64,000 nucleotides of DNA, taken from the NCBI RefSeq assembly GCF_964355755.1, contig NC_092677.1, positions 23,051,175-23,115,174 on the forward strand. The letters are read 5' to 3'. Numbering within the stretch: the first letter of the stretch is position 1; every line of letters begins with the position of its first letter. A program made the position numbers and the translations under genes. The notes beneath the pieces were generated by a model. The model did not search any database, had not been told where the DNA came from, and was given only the letters and a program-made list of their open reading frames with translations. This DNA is from Antedon mediterranea. Lineage: Eukaryota > Animalia > Echinodermata. Positions 27,201 to 42,200 of the stretch are shown one piece after another.

Positions 27201-30200
27201 TCAAAGTTAAGGCTGTGCAAGGCTTCACTAAATATTTTGAAAAAAAATGATTTTAACAAATTACATGTAAACTTATCTTGTATGTATTCTTTTAGGCGCC
27301 ATAAATCTAGTTACATAGGAGGTGATATTGTCAACGGTTTACTTGCAAGTTTAACCCTAGCTGATGCTCGTCATTTCTATGACTTGCCTTCACTTGAGAG
27401 AACGCTCAGTTGTATTGTGCACATTACCGCAAGGTAAATTTTGATGCTGTTTAAGATGCTCAACACCAGTTTTTTCCCCTTAAAACAAAGTACTGTATGT
27501 ATTTACATGTATGTATTATTTTCTAGAGAGCAACAAGACAAATAGAATCAATGAAAAGGACTTTTATCGTAAAATTGCCATTAAAGCATGATGGTCTATA
27601 CAGCCTTTCCTCAAAACACATCTGTTCACAATGCATACTTACATTTTGTAAAGAAAATGAATGCACAACTGTTCAAGCATGTCCAGCAATAGCTTGTTTG
27701 AACCAGGGAAATTTACATCTCCCTGTTTGAACAGATGCATAAACTTGATCAACCTTTTATCAAAAGTTGAAAGTTAATTCAAAGTTAAAATAAAGAATGC
27801 AATGTAAATCATGGCAGAAACTAAATTATTTCTCAATGGGACAATGCATGATATTGTACGTTATAATTGTAATTGTTTCATTCAAATAATAGTAATTTGA
27901 GTATTTTTCAGGCCTGATTGGAGTAAAGACTGTTCTGAGACGGATGCTTTAACCCTTTGTCAGCAGTTACTAAATGTATTGTTGGAGGTTAGTGACAATT
28001 ATATATAATGTATATAATAATTATATAGTAAGTCTTTGTACATGTTTTGCCGATGTGTACAGGTTGCCATCTTTAAAATATACAGGATGATTCACTATCC
28101 TGACAAAATCTTCTCATTGCACACTGTGCCAGGGCATATCCTTAGTTTTGTTGATGCAGAGATTTGTATATATATTTTTATATATTACATATACATACAT
28201 CAGGCACAGAACATGAATTCTAAAACTCCCGGTGATAATACTGAGATTTAATTAATTAACTTGAAAGGATAAATATGAGGAAATCTGTGAGAATGAGAAA
28301 AATTCAAAAGAATTACAATCTGAAAAATAGTTTTTTACAATATGAAATCTTGTGAAACATAGACCTTTATGTAGTGGGACATTGCAAGAACTGCACACAT
28401 ATCTAGTCTCTTTTCTGATTCCCCTTTTCATACAGACTTGGCATTTTCTTGATTCCTAGTAAATGAATCATGTGCAGGGGCTTGAGGTGTTGGTACAACA
28501 TTCTCATCGTTGGCATAAGCCATCTCTTCATCATCTGTTGTAGAAATCATATACTGAATAAAGGTTTTGCATTCTCTGTTTTGCACTTTACTTTTGTATA
28601 ATACATATGAATTGTACATTCATTGATTTGCGCGTAAATGGATAATACTGTGTGTATTGATAAAGTTTATCAACACCACTATTGAATTCATTATACAATG
28701 CTACACATGTTGGTTCCATTTTCAATACTCTGCCACCAACTACCCCTTGTTGTCCGTTACTTCAGTCATTGTGTTTACCTATAGTTGTAACCATTTTGAC
28801 AATCATGGTAGGCAAAGAACATCATCCTTGTGGCATGCAATGACGCCACCTGCAACAGGCAAATTGGCAGGCGAAGCATTGTGAATAGAAGGTGGTTCAC
28901 CTCTGTTATTACGTAGTGTGCCACATACATGCGTACCTATATCAAGTAAACGTTTACTAATGTGACACATGATAATGAATGGCACAGACATTTGTGTATG
29001 TACTCTGGAAAACCCTATAGCATAAAAGAAAAACATAGTAAATCTAGATCAAGCAAAGCTGTATGAAACATGGCAAAATGCTTGAACTTTATCAGCTTTA
29101 ACACATCAATTTATTTATACTACCGTAAGGAAAATATCCTAGTTTTTATACCTCCTACTTGCCTATATGAATCAACCGTACACGCATGCCGATAACAATA
29201 ATTCTAAAGTAACACTAAATATAATATGTCAAAAATAGTGTAATAATAATATAGATTAAAACAGTGAGAAGTTAATGCTTTAACATAAGTACAATAAAAA
29301 TACTACAACACACTATTACCAATGCTAACATAAGCTATCATTCAATTATACTAATCCCCACTATACTCCATCCCTAGCCTTGGAATACTTTTACAGTATT
29401 GATTGATAGGCAGAGATGGAACAGGTCTCTGTTGCCATGGCAACATTTGGTTTCTCAATGCTGCTAGAGTTGACATACCGAAGCAATTACCACTACTTTA
29501 AACAATGTGACCCTGCTTAACCTAGGTAGCCTAGTATGAGTAGCCTTGTCACCCTATATGAATCTAATACAGTACAATGTTCTAATAATAATTACTTAAT
29601 GATTAAACACATACAATATCCAATGGTCATATACAAATTACTAATGATTTATTGACTCGATTGTATCTCAATACAAAAGCTCATCCTACATTTACATCCA
29701 ACCCATCACTCTTGACTAGGGACTAACTATGTGCGCAATATCCTTACTTCAACAACTTAAGAAGAGAACCACCCTACCAATAACTCTCAGCAACGACCTA
29801 CTCACCCTTTATAAGCATAATACAGACATTAAGTATCCCGGACAATTGAAAACAAAGAAAGACATGAAACAACTTAAAGAACTAGCCAATGAAAGATCAG
29901 ACTGGAAGAAACTAGTAAAAGAGATTTACGGAGCAGCCCAAGCGGAAATGTCGGCAGACTTTTCAGCGGAAAGGCAATAATAATAATAATAAGTTGTGAC
30001 ATTTACATACTAAACTTGATAATACTATAAACATAAAATCATAGCAATATACATATGACCATTGGTCGCTACCAATAGCTTAATTTTTAATAAATAATTA
30101 TAGTAACACAAATAATAATGAAACATATTGACTCACCCCAGCTGGAATTTAGTTGGTTTTGATCAAAAAAGAAATTTTAAAATGTATTCTACAGAAGGTA

Positions 30201-33200
30201 CCTATGCTGAGGACTGACTGGTAATGAGGTACAAGTATGCCCATTTACATTCCTAGAGGACATTGGGTTATCCCATTTCCTGCAAAGGGTTATCATTGAC
30301 AGAATCCTCCTGTCACAAACTCCCCTGCTACATGTAGACATCCTTGGCTACATCAATTAAACAGTCGTCCATACTAAAGTTAAAGTTTGAATTATACATA
30401 GTTATAATGATAACAAAAAAGTCTATATGGATGGTGATTGTTGAAACAACATCTGTATAAATAGAAGATGCGACTTGCTGATTTCTACAAGCACTTCCTC
30501 TGCGATTGGAGATCTTCCTTGTAAACGTCTCGAGCGTCTGGGTCCTTCAGCAGTCTCATCAGTGTCTGCTACAGAGGGTGTCACAACTTCTTGAGCCATT
30601 TTGTTGGTATCTGTGTTGGATTGGTTTGTTGAACGTCTGGCACCAACAAATCATTGAACTCTGAGGTTGGTACGGACAGGTCTGGTGGACTTCCTGGTAA
30701 AGACAAAGCATCTTTATTGGTCGGTGGAACTGAATGCTCCCCTGCTTGGTCTGTAGCACCTGGTGAATTAATATCTGGAAGGTAACTGTGTAAACAGTAT
30801 CCTCCTTAAAGTCTACTTCGTCACTTGGTTGTGCTGACTTTGTGACGACCGATAGTGGTGCTTCATTTGTTGTGGTACAGAGTGGTGGTTGGTGTTGAAT
30901 GTCATCTACAAGTTCTCGGCTGTCCAGTATCTTACTGTGGTAAATTGTCTGTGAAGAACCATCGCTATCTACTGGCTCGACTATGTACACATTGGGGCTT
31001 GGTCTTGCTACAACTCTACCACTCCATTTATCTTGTATCTTGCACCTTGCCAGGGGGCGGTTTCGCCTCTGCCTGGGCAGAATCACTGTCGTGTCGTGCG
31101 TCTATCACTTTCTTTAACTCTTGGTTCAGACGCAGCTCTAATTCTGCCAGATGTTGTTGAAGAAGTTCTATCTCAGACATAGCGAATCGCTAAACAATTA
31201 TTCCTACAGCCCTTCAATGGTATTAACTTCCAACCTATCACCAACACCACAGTATGTCTTTAAAGACCAGCAATAATAACGATTTTATCCAATATTTCAC
31301 TTGTTTCTGAAGGTTGTATACTTTCAAATTATTAATATACATAGCCAGGGACTATAATAATAATTATTTTTATTTACTTAATAGAATATTATTACTTGGG
31401 CGTAAGGCCTAGCTGTAGTATAGTTGGCTAACCCACCTGAATCGTGTCGTTTCCTAGGCTGCGACATTGACAAACGATTGCCTGACAATCCCACTTCCTT
31501 AGGGGCCAAAGAATCTCCAATTGCCTGTGGGGTTGGGTTTATATTGGGCCTATGCCCAATGATATTGTTAATTTCCTCGTAATAGAGGAACTTGTGTTCG
31601 GTCCCAGCTCCAGATTTATTTAACTTATCTTGCACTGCTTCGTAGGCGTGCCTCAAACCTTTTATTTTTGTTTGGATATGAGTGCCTTCTTTTCTAGGAT
31701 GGCCAAATTTAGCTTCTTGGCTATTTCGTTATAAACTCCAATCTTGTTGACATTGCTTGCCCTCCAGTTTCTTACCTCTATTTTGTTCCTAAATTACAAT
31801 CTAAAAAATAGTTTTTTACAGTATGAAATCTTGTGAAACATAGACCTTTCTGTAGTGGGACATTGCAAGAACTGCACACATATCTATAGTCTCTTTTCTG
31901 ATTCCCCTTTTTACACAGACTTGGCATTTCCTTGATTGGTAGCGTTTTGCAATTTGTTTGTGTGGTTTTTTACATTTCCATCTAACCTAGTAAATGAATC
32001 ATGTGCAGGAGCTTGAGTTGTTGGCACAACATTCTCATCATTTAGCATAAGCCATCTCTTCATCATCTGTTGTAGAAATCATTATATACTGAATAAAGGT
32101 TTTGCATTCTCTGTTTTGCACTTTACTTTTGTTTAATACATATGAATTGTACATAGCAATTTGGAACATATAAAATAGTGTTATAGCAATAGTCTTAGAA
32201 TGTCTTAAACATTCTTGTTGACATATGGGTTTCATAGTTCACATATTGTATTTTTAAGGTATAAATAATATTCTTAACTCGTTTTCCGAGTTCACCAAAG
32301 AGCAATTTTGTAACAGGGACCTGTGGTTTATGCAATTGGGAGAAATTTTGGGTTCAATTCACCTTTCATTGTTTCACGTCTAAGCATATTTAGCTCAAAA
32401 TTGATGTGTGCTGTTAGCGCCAATGCCTCTTCCTGAACCGGTGTTGGTTGGCCCTGCTGGATCGTCACCAGTGCAGGTATACCACTGATAAGAGGTCTCT
32501 GAATCCTCTGTAATTGGAGGTCTTTTGACCTCGAGCTAGCAGTTAGATTTTCCCATATAATCGGGTTCACCTTAGGAACCCGATATTGGGATATTTCCCG
32601 GAGTGGGAGGCTCAGCCGCAGAACCGGTTAATTCTACCACATCATTTGGTCTCTCCCAGTGGGAGACTCAATACTACTAGGCCTAGGCCTATAAGCATAT
32701 GGGTTCTGCCCATAGTAATACTCGGAGTTATCATATATACTACATGTACTATTTCCCGAGTTTTGCTCATGATATTGATGAGGCTTTGTTGCTTCCAAAA
32801 TAGATTCAAGCATAGCATGAATGTTTTTGCTGGCTTCTCTCTGACTAAAGCATGTCTTTTGACTTGCTAGGCCTACTAATAGTAGTAGTGCTACTTTAAA
32901 CAATATAACCTTAAAACAGTTTCGTATTACACTAAGCTAGATAACAAGCTTTTACATCATTTAACATGGCAAATATCAATGCGCCATCAAACCATGGTGT
33001 TCTACTGCTAGACAAATGAAATTATATCAAGCGCAATAAAATAGTTCCTACATACAAACATAAAAATCATCAACGTTACGGTATAAACTTGACTTATCTA
33101 ATACGATAATTCAGTTATAATCAATCTAGGTATAAACTGCCCCACTACTGGAATCTATTCATTTTAGCAGGTACACCAATACGAGTGCTTGCTCTAGCAA

Positions 33201-36200
33201 ACCCACCATGTGAGTGCCGATAATGATACAAACATGCTAAAGTCAAACAAAGCGATCAACCTAAATGTTGTTGTAATAGATACTACCGCAGACTATTAAT
33301 AATGAAAATTAGAAATATATATAGTGATCTGGTATTTCATTTATTTTCTACCTCCTTTCTCTGTACAGTAGTATCCTGAATAAGAGTGTATTTAACAATT
33401 ATTATTACTTAACTATTAATAGTAACTGGCCACTGTCTGGGTCCCAAATACGCCGGTAAACAGCATCAAGGTCAGCCAGCCAGACGAGAATATGCTGTCA
33501 AAACAAGTCATCCAGAGATGTTGTTCAGACATGCATGTTACAGTATCAGAGTTGTTTTCAATAACATGACAATGTGCTCATATTGCGGTTTATGTAATAA
33601 AATTCACATAAAAACTTAAACCTAGTCTATTCATATCCGTCAACAGGATAGATAACTGATAATTTTGTGATGGGCCGTGTATAATTTCCATTAGATGTTT
33701 TCCGGTGTATACATCGGTGATCTTGGCTATGGTCCATTTCCCTCTTACGGCATTAGAATCTGCCAACATAACTACATCATCAACTCTTACATCTCTTTTC
33801 TGAACACTCCACTTTAGCTATAACTTTAAGGTTATTTAAACCATTCAAAGTAACATTCAGCTAACGTTGGTTTTAATTTTGTTCCGTTTGGGTGTTGTGT
33901 TGTGTCTCTTGACTGCCTAAGACATGTAGTGATGAACTTAAAAATGTGTCATCATCTGATGTCTGACATGAATTGGTTTTCTAAACTAAGTGATATGCAT
34001 GGAGGCGTGTTTAGTATGTAAGGAAGAGTCATGCTTGGTGAAGTTGATTTGACTTGAATAAACTGTCGGTGTGATTTAAGGGATGTAGACTTGAGTTTGT
34101 TTGATTTTGGCTGTTTCGATGCATTGCATTTTATTAAGTTCATATATTGTGTGACTTTGTTGTTAAATGGTCATTTCACATTTGTGAAATGTTTTATCTA
34201 TTACAAAGACAATTGTCCTCAATATCCTTCGAAGGTTTGTCTTTTTTTGGTTCATCCATTAAATAAAATCTTAGCTGATAACCTTGCTAACTTTATTTTT
34301 TTTTTAACTTTGGTGTAATATATATTTTGATATAAGTTTAATGTTTAACAAGTAATACAATTATACTGTTTTATATATTTATAATCTTGTTGTTTGTCCA
34401 AAGACTGGAGAGAATAACAGGTCACGACAACTATAACCTACTACCACTAGTTAGTAGTACTACCTAGGCCAGAGAGAACCCACTTCAATCTTTGTTATAT
34501 TATTATTAATATACTAGCTGTAGTATAGTTGGCTAACCTACCTGAATCGTGTCGTTTCCTAGGCTGCGACATTGACAAACGATTGCTTGACAATCCCACT
34601 TCCTTAGGGGCCAAAGAGTCTCCAATTGCCTGTGGTGTTGGGTTTATATTGGGCCTATGCCCAATGATATTGTTAATTTCCTCGTAATAGAGGAACTCGT
34701 GTTCGGTCCCAGCTCCAGATTTATTTAACTTATCTTGCACTGCTTTGTAGACGCACCTCAAACCTTTTATTTTCGTTTGGATACGAGTGCCTTTTTTTCT
34801 AGGATGGCCAAATTTAGCTTCTCGGCTATTTTGTTGTACACTTCAATCTTGTTGATATTGCTTGTCCTCTAGTTTCTTACCTCTATTTTGTTCCTAAATT
34901 CAGGGCTTCCTCACAGGGCTATTAAGTCGTGAATTTCTGATTCTTTCCACTGAACTCGTTTTGTCATATTTAAACTTAAGAAAGCAGTACACGCTTCTCA
35001 GTTCTTTCAATATATCGGTGGTGAGGACTAGGATACCGTGCATTTTTTTATGTGTAGGGATTGTTCTTTGACCTTTTCAAATTCATTGTTTACATCATTG
35101 CAAGAAACGTTCTGATTGGATACAACGTCGAATTACAGTAGCGTCATACTATAAAATGGTACTATCAACCATTTTCCACTAATACATATGATGCGTTGTA
35201 CACTAATCCCCAACTGTTCAGACACACATGGGTCTGAGAATAAACTATTTACTGTTCACCAAGTTGGTATATTGTGTTCTACTGGGAGTTACTATAAACA
35301 ACTGTAGCCGTAGTCCCACATCAATTGTTACTACCCTAGTTAGTTGTGGTGTATCTAAAATCAGGCCTGTTTTCCTTCCCAATAGAGTCACACATTTTCA
35401 CTGTATAAAGTGTCATTTCTGGAGACCTAGCAGCTCTATTTTTCCAAATGTTTTTACCTCAGCCCCAACCATGGTGAAGCAGAGTATACAGTATAAGTGC
35501 AATTTTCATAGACCTGCAGTTTTACAATAACAAACCTTTTTTCCCTAATTACTCAAATTATGATATAGATGACTCATTTTAAAGAACTGACTAGGAACTG
35601 CTCTTGAGAAATTAATTGTGGTGTGTCTTGATAATTGCTTCTTGTGCTCACAATTTTTTTTACATAGGTAATTTCAGCATTTCACGTTGGGAGAGGTGGT
35701 ACAGCTATGTCGTACATGGGTAAAGGGGTAACAAAGAGCGCTACCTTGTGCCTGCGACATCTTGTTGCAGAGGTAGCTCACCACACACACATGAAGGATT
35801 GGGCTAAGGAGTGGTTGTTTCCCAAGCCTACAAGTACAGAGACAGAAGAAGCTGGTTTTGCCTGGGTTGTATCATTGTGGTCTTACAGAGATCCTGAGGT
35901 AAATTGTTGTCTCCATATTGAACTAATAAATACATTTTCTTCAGGTTTTTTAACTTTTAATGCTTAATTGTTCTGGAACATGTTTGGAATACTGTCGAGA
36001 AACTCTTTTTTTAAACATTTAGATGAAATGTTAATGCTATGTGTATAAGGCCTAATGCATTGCACTTTACTGCAAAATATTAAAAAGTTATGGATATTTT
36101 GGCATACTGATGCTGACTTTGGCTTGTCTTGTTGATACCTAAAGATAATAACTGATGATGATAAATAGCATGTTGTATAATATTGAATACTATCTGTAGG

Positions 36201-39200
36201 TACGAGCTGCTGGTCTTGGCATTGCATCTGGTCTAGCTTCATCTCCTTCAGGTTGTTTAACCATTGCAAATGGTTGCCATCAGCTACCAGGGGGATTATG
36301 GGCCATGGTTTTTGACAAACTTCTTGACCATTCAGAATGTAGCTTAGTAAGGCAACAGGTAATTATAATGTTTTGTTTGTTTGTTTGTTTTTTATTCGGT
36401 ACTCAAGAAATACAACAAAAATACCAGGATGACCCATAAAGCTGAAACAGCTTAATTCCAATGGGGTCCTTTAAACAAGCAAGTTAGATAATAATGTGTA
36501 CATTATAAATGCATACTAATACAATAAACAGAAACATCCATATACAAATACAATCATCATCAGCATGGTTAATGTACAATACCAAAGTGAACCTTTAACG
36601 CACGTTTATATTCAATTAATTTTTGTATACTCTTGATATCGGAAGGTAGATCATTCCAGTCTTTAATAGCATTATAATAAAATGGCTTGTACTATGAGTG
36701 TGCCGAACAGAAATCTTTGTAAAATGTTCATTAAGATAAGGAGCGTCAATATCGTGGTATATTTTGAAAGCGTGGATTAGTCTAATATACTTAACTCTAT
36801 CGCTTATTTTCAGGTATCCAGTAACGGAAAGTTCAGCCTGACCAACATGTGCCCTAGGGGCGAGATCGAGAATAAATCTCACAATTTTGTTTTGTGTTAC
36901 TTGAAGCTTATTTTTCAGGACAGTACTGATACCACAATACCAGGATGAGACAGCATAATTTTCTTGATATAATTTGGTGTTAACGTACATACAGACCCTT
37001 TTTCCCTACACACATTATTTTATAACCTTTTGAACATGTTTTCCATTAATCGATGAATTTTTAGGCTGCCAATCTGTTGTGTAATCTTCTGTCACATGAC
37101 CTACCTGATAGAATTGATGAGGTGGTAAATGCCGCTGTGTGGCAGGGGCCATGTGTTCAAGATGAAGATACACAGGTAAGTTTAGCGTCCTTGTCACCAT
37201 GAAAATCACGAATGAACAATTTGGACTGATGCAAACAAGTGAGTGACCACAATTGAGGGCAATAGTTTAACCCTATGGATAATAAATTTACTTAAGTATG
37301 ACCTGTCTCCAATTACCAGGACCCTTACAACTTTACAATAATTGCCACTTGCTTACAGAGTAAATACTATATCCAGTGTGGTACCTTCCCAACACTTATC
37401 AACTGTTATTACCCAATGCAATTCAAATAATATAGAATGTCCAAGTGTCAGCTACAGTTCCACACGCTAGCTGTCTTTTTTTCCAGTGGTTAACGTGATT
37501 AAAATGGATGTGGCTTTCAGACTTCCTCCGGTTGTACAATTTACAGATTGTTAAGTGTAACCTCATGTACTTGAACGTAGGCGACACTATATTTAAATCA
37601 GACATATATAAACAATACTAACAAATTCTATGGTCAACTTCAATTATCATAAGAAACGTACATTTTTATCAAGCGACTATTAGGTATAACTTATATACTA
37701 ACTCACAATGTCCACTGCCAAAGGCTGCTTAGACTATCATAGGAGACGACAAATTCCATGCACGTTCAGCTGTGAGCCTTGTCGGGAGTTTCAATCCGCG
37801 ATACTGCGCTCACCCCAGTCCGTCGGTTTATAACTGAACTACTATAATATGGGCATCATGGTTCTACCAATTCTTATAAAAGGCCAGGCTTATACAGTTA
37901 GGTGCAACCAATGCACACTGCGCCCCACGATAAATTCGCTCTAAACAATCACTCCTAGATGTCCCGCACAATTGGCTGTGGGAATTAATGACTCAACGCA
38001 ATGATGTCGAGAGATTGAGTGCCTAACATTTCGCAAACCACGCTAGATGACGCTTCGCCTCACCGGGCAAGCGATATGCAAATGTTGCCGCCGCAACAAT
38101 ACCTTGAAATATTCCACGGTCCTATACCTACCACTCTAGAGAGGGCGCTATACTAGACTATAGTTTTCAAATGTGACAGTCCTAATGTAATGAAAGTATT
38201 TAACAAAATTATGATTATGTCCTATAATATATCCTATACAGTGTGGATACAGTACATATATTAATATTATAAATGTTCTATAAAATGTTAAAACATAACA
38301 AATGTATTCTATAGTGTATACTGAATCCCTAGAGATAAATATCCATCTTTATATGATTGTAATGTTGTTTATAATGTTAGGCTTTACTGCTAGGAAAGCC
38401 AGCACTGCTAGCACTATTGCAACATTACAACTTCTATGGTGAGGTGTCCAGTACACTTGAAAACTACTATGGGTCAGGCAGTATACAACCAGTTACACTG
38501 CTAGATGATAGTACACTACCTACACACTCAAATATCACTACAAGTGGTAAGTTATTGTATATTTCACATATTGAAGTAATTTCAGCATCTTTAACAGTAT
38601 TCTTTGCGAATTTGATGTGTTGCCTTGTCATCACTTCATTTCATGATTCGCAACCTGTAAATGAAAAATCAACCTCTGTCACGGGTGTAGACTTTAAAGA
38701 ATAACTAAACACGGATGTATTGTAATACTGTAACTTGAACATTTATTAGATTTGGTAATCCAGAGATTTTGATTCCCTTAATTCGATGATCCGGTTTGAA
38801 GTCAAATCATCTTCTACGTGTTGATTCATTCCAGTTAAATATAAAGAAAGTCTTTCAAATGACTAATTAACTATAGCAGATTCCAATGGTACAATCTTCG
38901 TTATTGGTCTCACAAATAAAGATGACTGCGTTTTGACCTTTACCAATCTGACAAGTCCATCTCCGCTGTTCACAAACACTTCGACGATGGCAAGTATTCT
39001 CTCACCCATCAACGCCAAAATATATCCGAAAGATACTGCACTTGGCTCCAGCGTCGCTTGCTTGACGAAATTTGCGGGTGGAACCTTTGCGCATGTTTTT
39101 TTTTTGTTTGCTTGTAGGATTAATCTATCTACAGCGTCTCTCAATGCTAGACATAGGCGGTAAGGTAGTTTGCTTATAATTTTCCTCATGTTTTAAGGCG

Positions 39201-42200
39201 ATTCCAATTTTGAACTGCATCCAATCTGGTTGAGGACGTTAATACATGCGGATTGGTTAGCTGAAAACTCTCTAAGCCCATTCGAATCCTCTGATCTCAA
39301 TGTAAGTTCAGATTGTTGATGATTGGGTTCTGTGCAATCTGCGTCTCCAGAACACTAGTCGGTATGTTGATTGACCCTTTGATTGCGATTTGTGGTAGTT
39401 CGTTCTGTCTCGTGTGAACGGCTTGTAGGCCTGTCAGTGAAACATACTGTCGAAACTGGTGCCCATGAATTTATCAGAATGGATCTCTTGGGTGTCGATT
39501 TGTGAAATTGGTTCTTCGTATTGCTTGAAGACTTCTTCCTCTGCCTGACATTCTTCGATTTCCACTTCCAGTAACAATCTGAAACTCTTACTGTTCGCAA
39601 CTCTTTCAGTCTGGCTGCACATGCCTTCATCTTTGCTAAGACTCAAGCCAACAAGCTTGCGGTTGATCACATTGATGATGTAGACGACACTTGACTGACA
39701 GTTTGATAATGAAGACTTTAAACTTTATGGTTGACTTCAAACTTAATGTGACCTCTGAAAACTAAACACGGATGTACTGTATATAAATAGTCAAATGCAC
39801 CCGTGAACTTGCATTGTTCATCTTAGGTCGAATCCTTTGATTTTAATGACTTGAACTCACCGGTTGCAAGCTTGTATCAGATAACTGCAGGTACCGCCCA
39901 TGGAATGTACGCAAACTCTACCGCTGGATCGTCTCGTAGAGTAGGAAGGTCTTTGTCTCGTAGGTTTTTTCTCTGCATTCGTACATTTGTAGAAACATCA
40001 TCGGAAATAAGTATTTGAGATTTCTTGTATTTGTTGTTTTTGAGGCATTTAGCTGCATTTCTTAAAATGTGATTTTTGTCAGTTGGCGACCCGTACGGTG
40101 AGATGTCATATCCTTTTCAGACCCCTCGAGTATGTTGTAAATCTTCAATTGATGATTCAAGGTGAAATGTATCCAAGGTAGTAATAATTCGATCGATCTT
40201 AACATGTAGAGCTTGAATATCTGCTGCATCATCCTGTGTACCTGGATTGGCTGGCCGAGCTGTAGCTGCTGCGGTACGTTTAGGAGGCATTGTGATAAAT
40301 AAGTGTAAATCGGGAGCTCTGGACAAACATGTCTTACTCGCTCAAGCGCATTATTCAATAATGATAATGTTGAAGCCCCAGAGCCCTTAACGTCTAATTG
40401 AATATGGAGCGCCATCAAAGTATGGAAGGCTTTTGACCGCAACAATCTTAGGAAGTACTAGGTTCTTTAAAGTGCATGGTAATGATTTTGTTTTTCATTT
40501 TTTTTCAGGTACAGTTGTCAGTTCACTTACGAGTTCACATAATGTAAGGTTATTTTTTTGTGTAATATTGGAAATAATAAAATAGGAATGTACTGTATTT
40601 ATCTTTCAAATAGAAAAAAGACAAAAGTTAATGAAATTGAATTCTTTAAAATGTGTTTATTCTCATTATAATCTCAAGCCATTCTGTTCTAATGCAGTAA
40701 ACAGAAACAATTATAATTCTAAATAGATCAACATTCCAAAACATTAACTGCCGTGCCCACAAAACGAGGAAAAAACTTCTTCATGTGTTCATTCTAGAAG
40801 ATAAGCAATCATATAACCATTCAATTTACTATACATAGTATTAAAACTTATATAATTATTTGTATCTCATATTCTTAATATGTTAGTGCAAGTACATACT
40901 TAAGTATGTACTTGCACTAACAAAATACATAAATAATCATTGTTACAGACAATATCTGTATCAGGAAATCACGACAACAATGCTATGAGTGGACTTGAAA
41001 GACCTGCTATACCTGGTCAACAAGGTAATTATTGTTAGTCTAAACATTGGCAAGCCTAGCTGCAATACTACAAACATGAAGATCAGTCATCATCATTACC
41101 GAATATTCCATTCAATGAATACCAAACATTATTTGTTAAAGATGTATTGTCCCTTGAAACACAAAAAAATGATTGTCAAAATATTCTAAATTTAAAATGG
41201 CCATATCAAAGTAATATTAAAGTTATTCACTTTAAGTCGAAAATTCCAGCCAAAAACAACAAGTTTACGTAATTAACAGGTAAATTAGTTTGATTACATT
41301 TCGTCTGGAAAATCGTCGCGAGCGAAAGTAAACAAAGATTTCAAACCACGAGTACGCATTATGCATATGCTAATTAGGATTGTTTACAACTCGTCATGGT
41401 TGAGAAGGTATTTTCACACAGATCGTGAGGAAGTTTTATGATTATGCATACAGAGTAGCCAAACAAGCGCGTTTCATTATGGGATATGTTTTGATCGAAA
41501 ACTTTGACTGGAAGTCAAAGTTATTTTTTTAACAAAAAAACGTCTGTATTTCAGTTAAATGATTTTTTTTTTCAACAAATTTTTGGTGATAGTTAATAAC
41601 TATTATGATACTTCAAAATGACCCACCTTTTTTCGAAATCTTTTATTTTTTATTTTTTGGGAATTAGTTAAAGGGACAATACATCTTTAATTATTTAATT
41701 ACAAAATAAATCTGAGACTGTTAATATTAATCATCTTTTTTAAAACTTTTCGTCACTGCTGCTAACATAGTGGTTAGGTGATGACAGATTTGTGACCTGA
41801 CTGGCACAACCTATAGTATTGTTGCTCACAAGCAATGATTGTACACATTCTGCTGCACTCAGGCACTTCATTATTCATTTTTCCAGCAACTTAGGGAGTT
41901 TCATCACTGACACTGATTCTAAAATGATCATTAATAAATCATTGCAGCCAAATCTTTGTCAATAGGAACAGCACAAGATTCCATTAAAACTCTAGTAACA
42001 AAAATTGTCTAGGTGTTTTAACCTACGTGTAGCACTCGGACTCGTTTGCCCATCACAAATATCCACTAACATAGCCAAAATGGTGGAGGTTTCATTGCTA
42101 GCCACATCTGGCTGTTACTGTGAGACATGCTTAGTAGCAATGGGTGAACCTCATTGGTTTCCATGATAGAGGTTCATCGTGAATAGTGTACTCTCCACTG

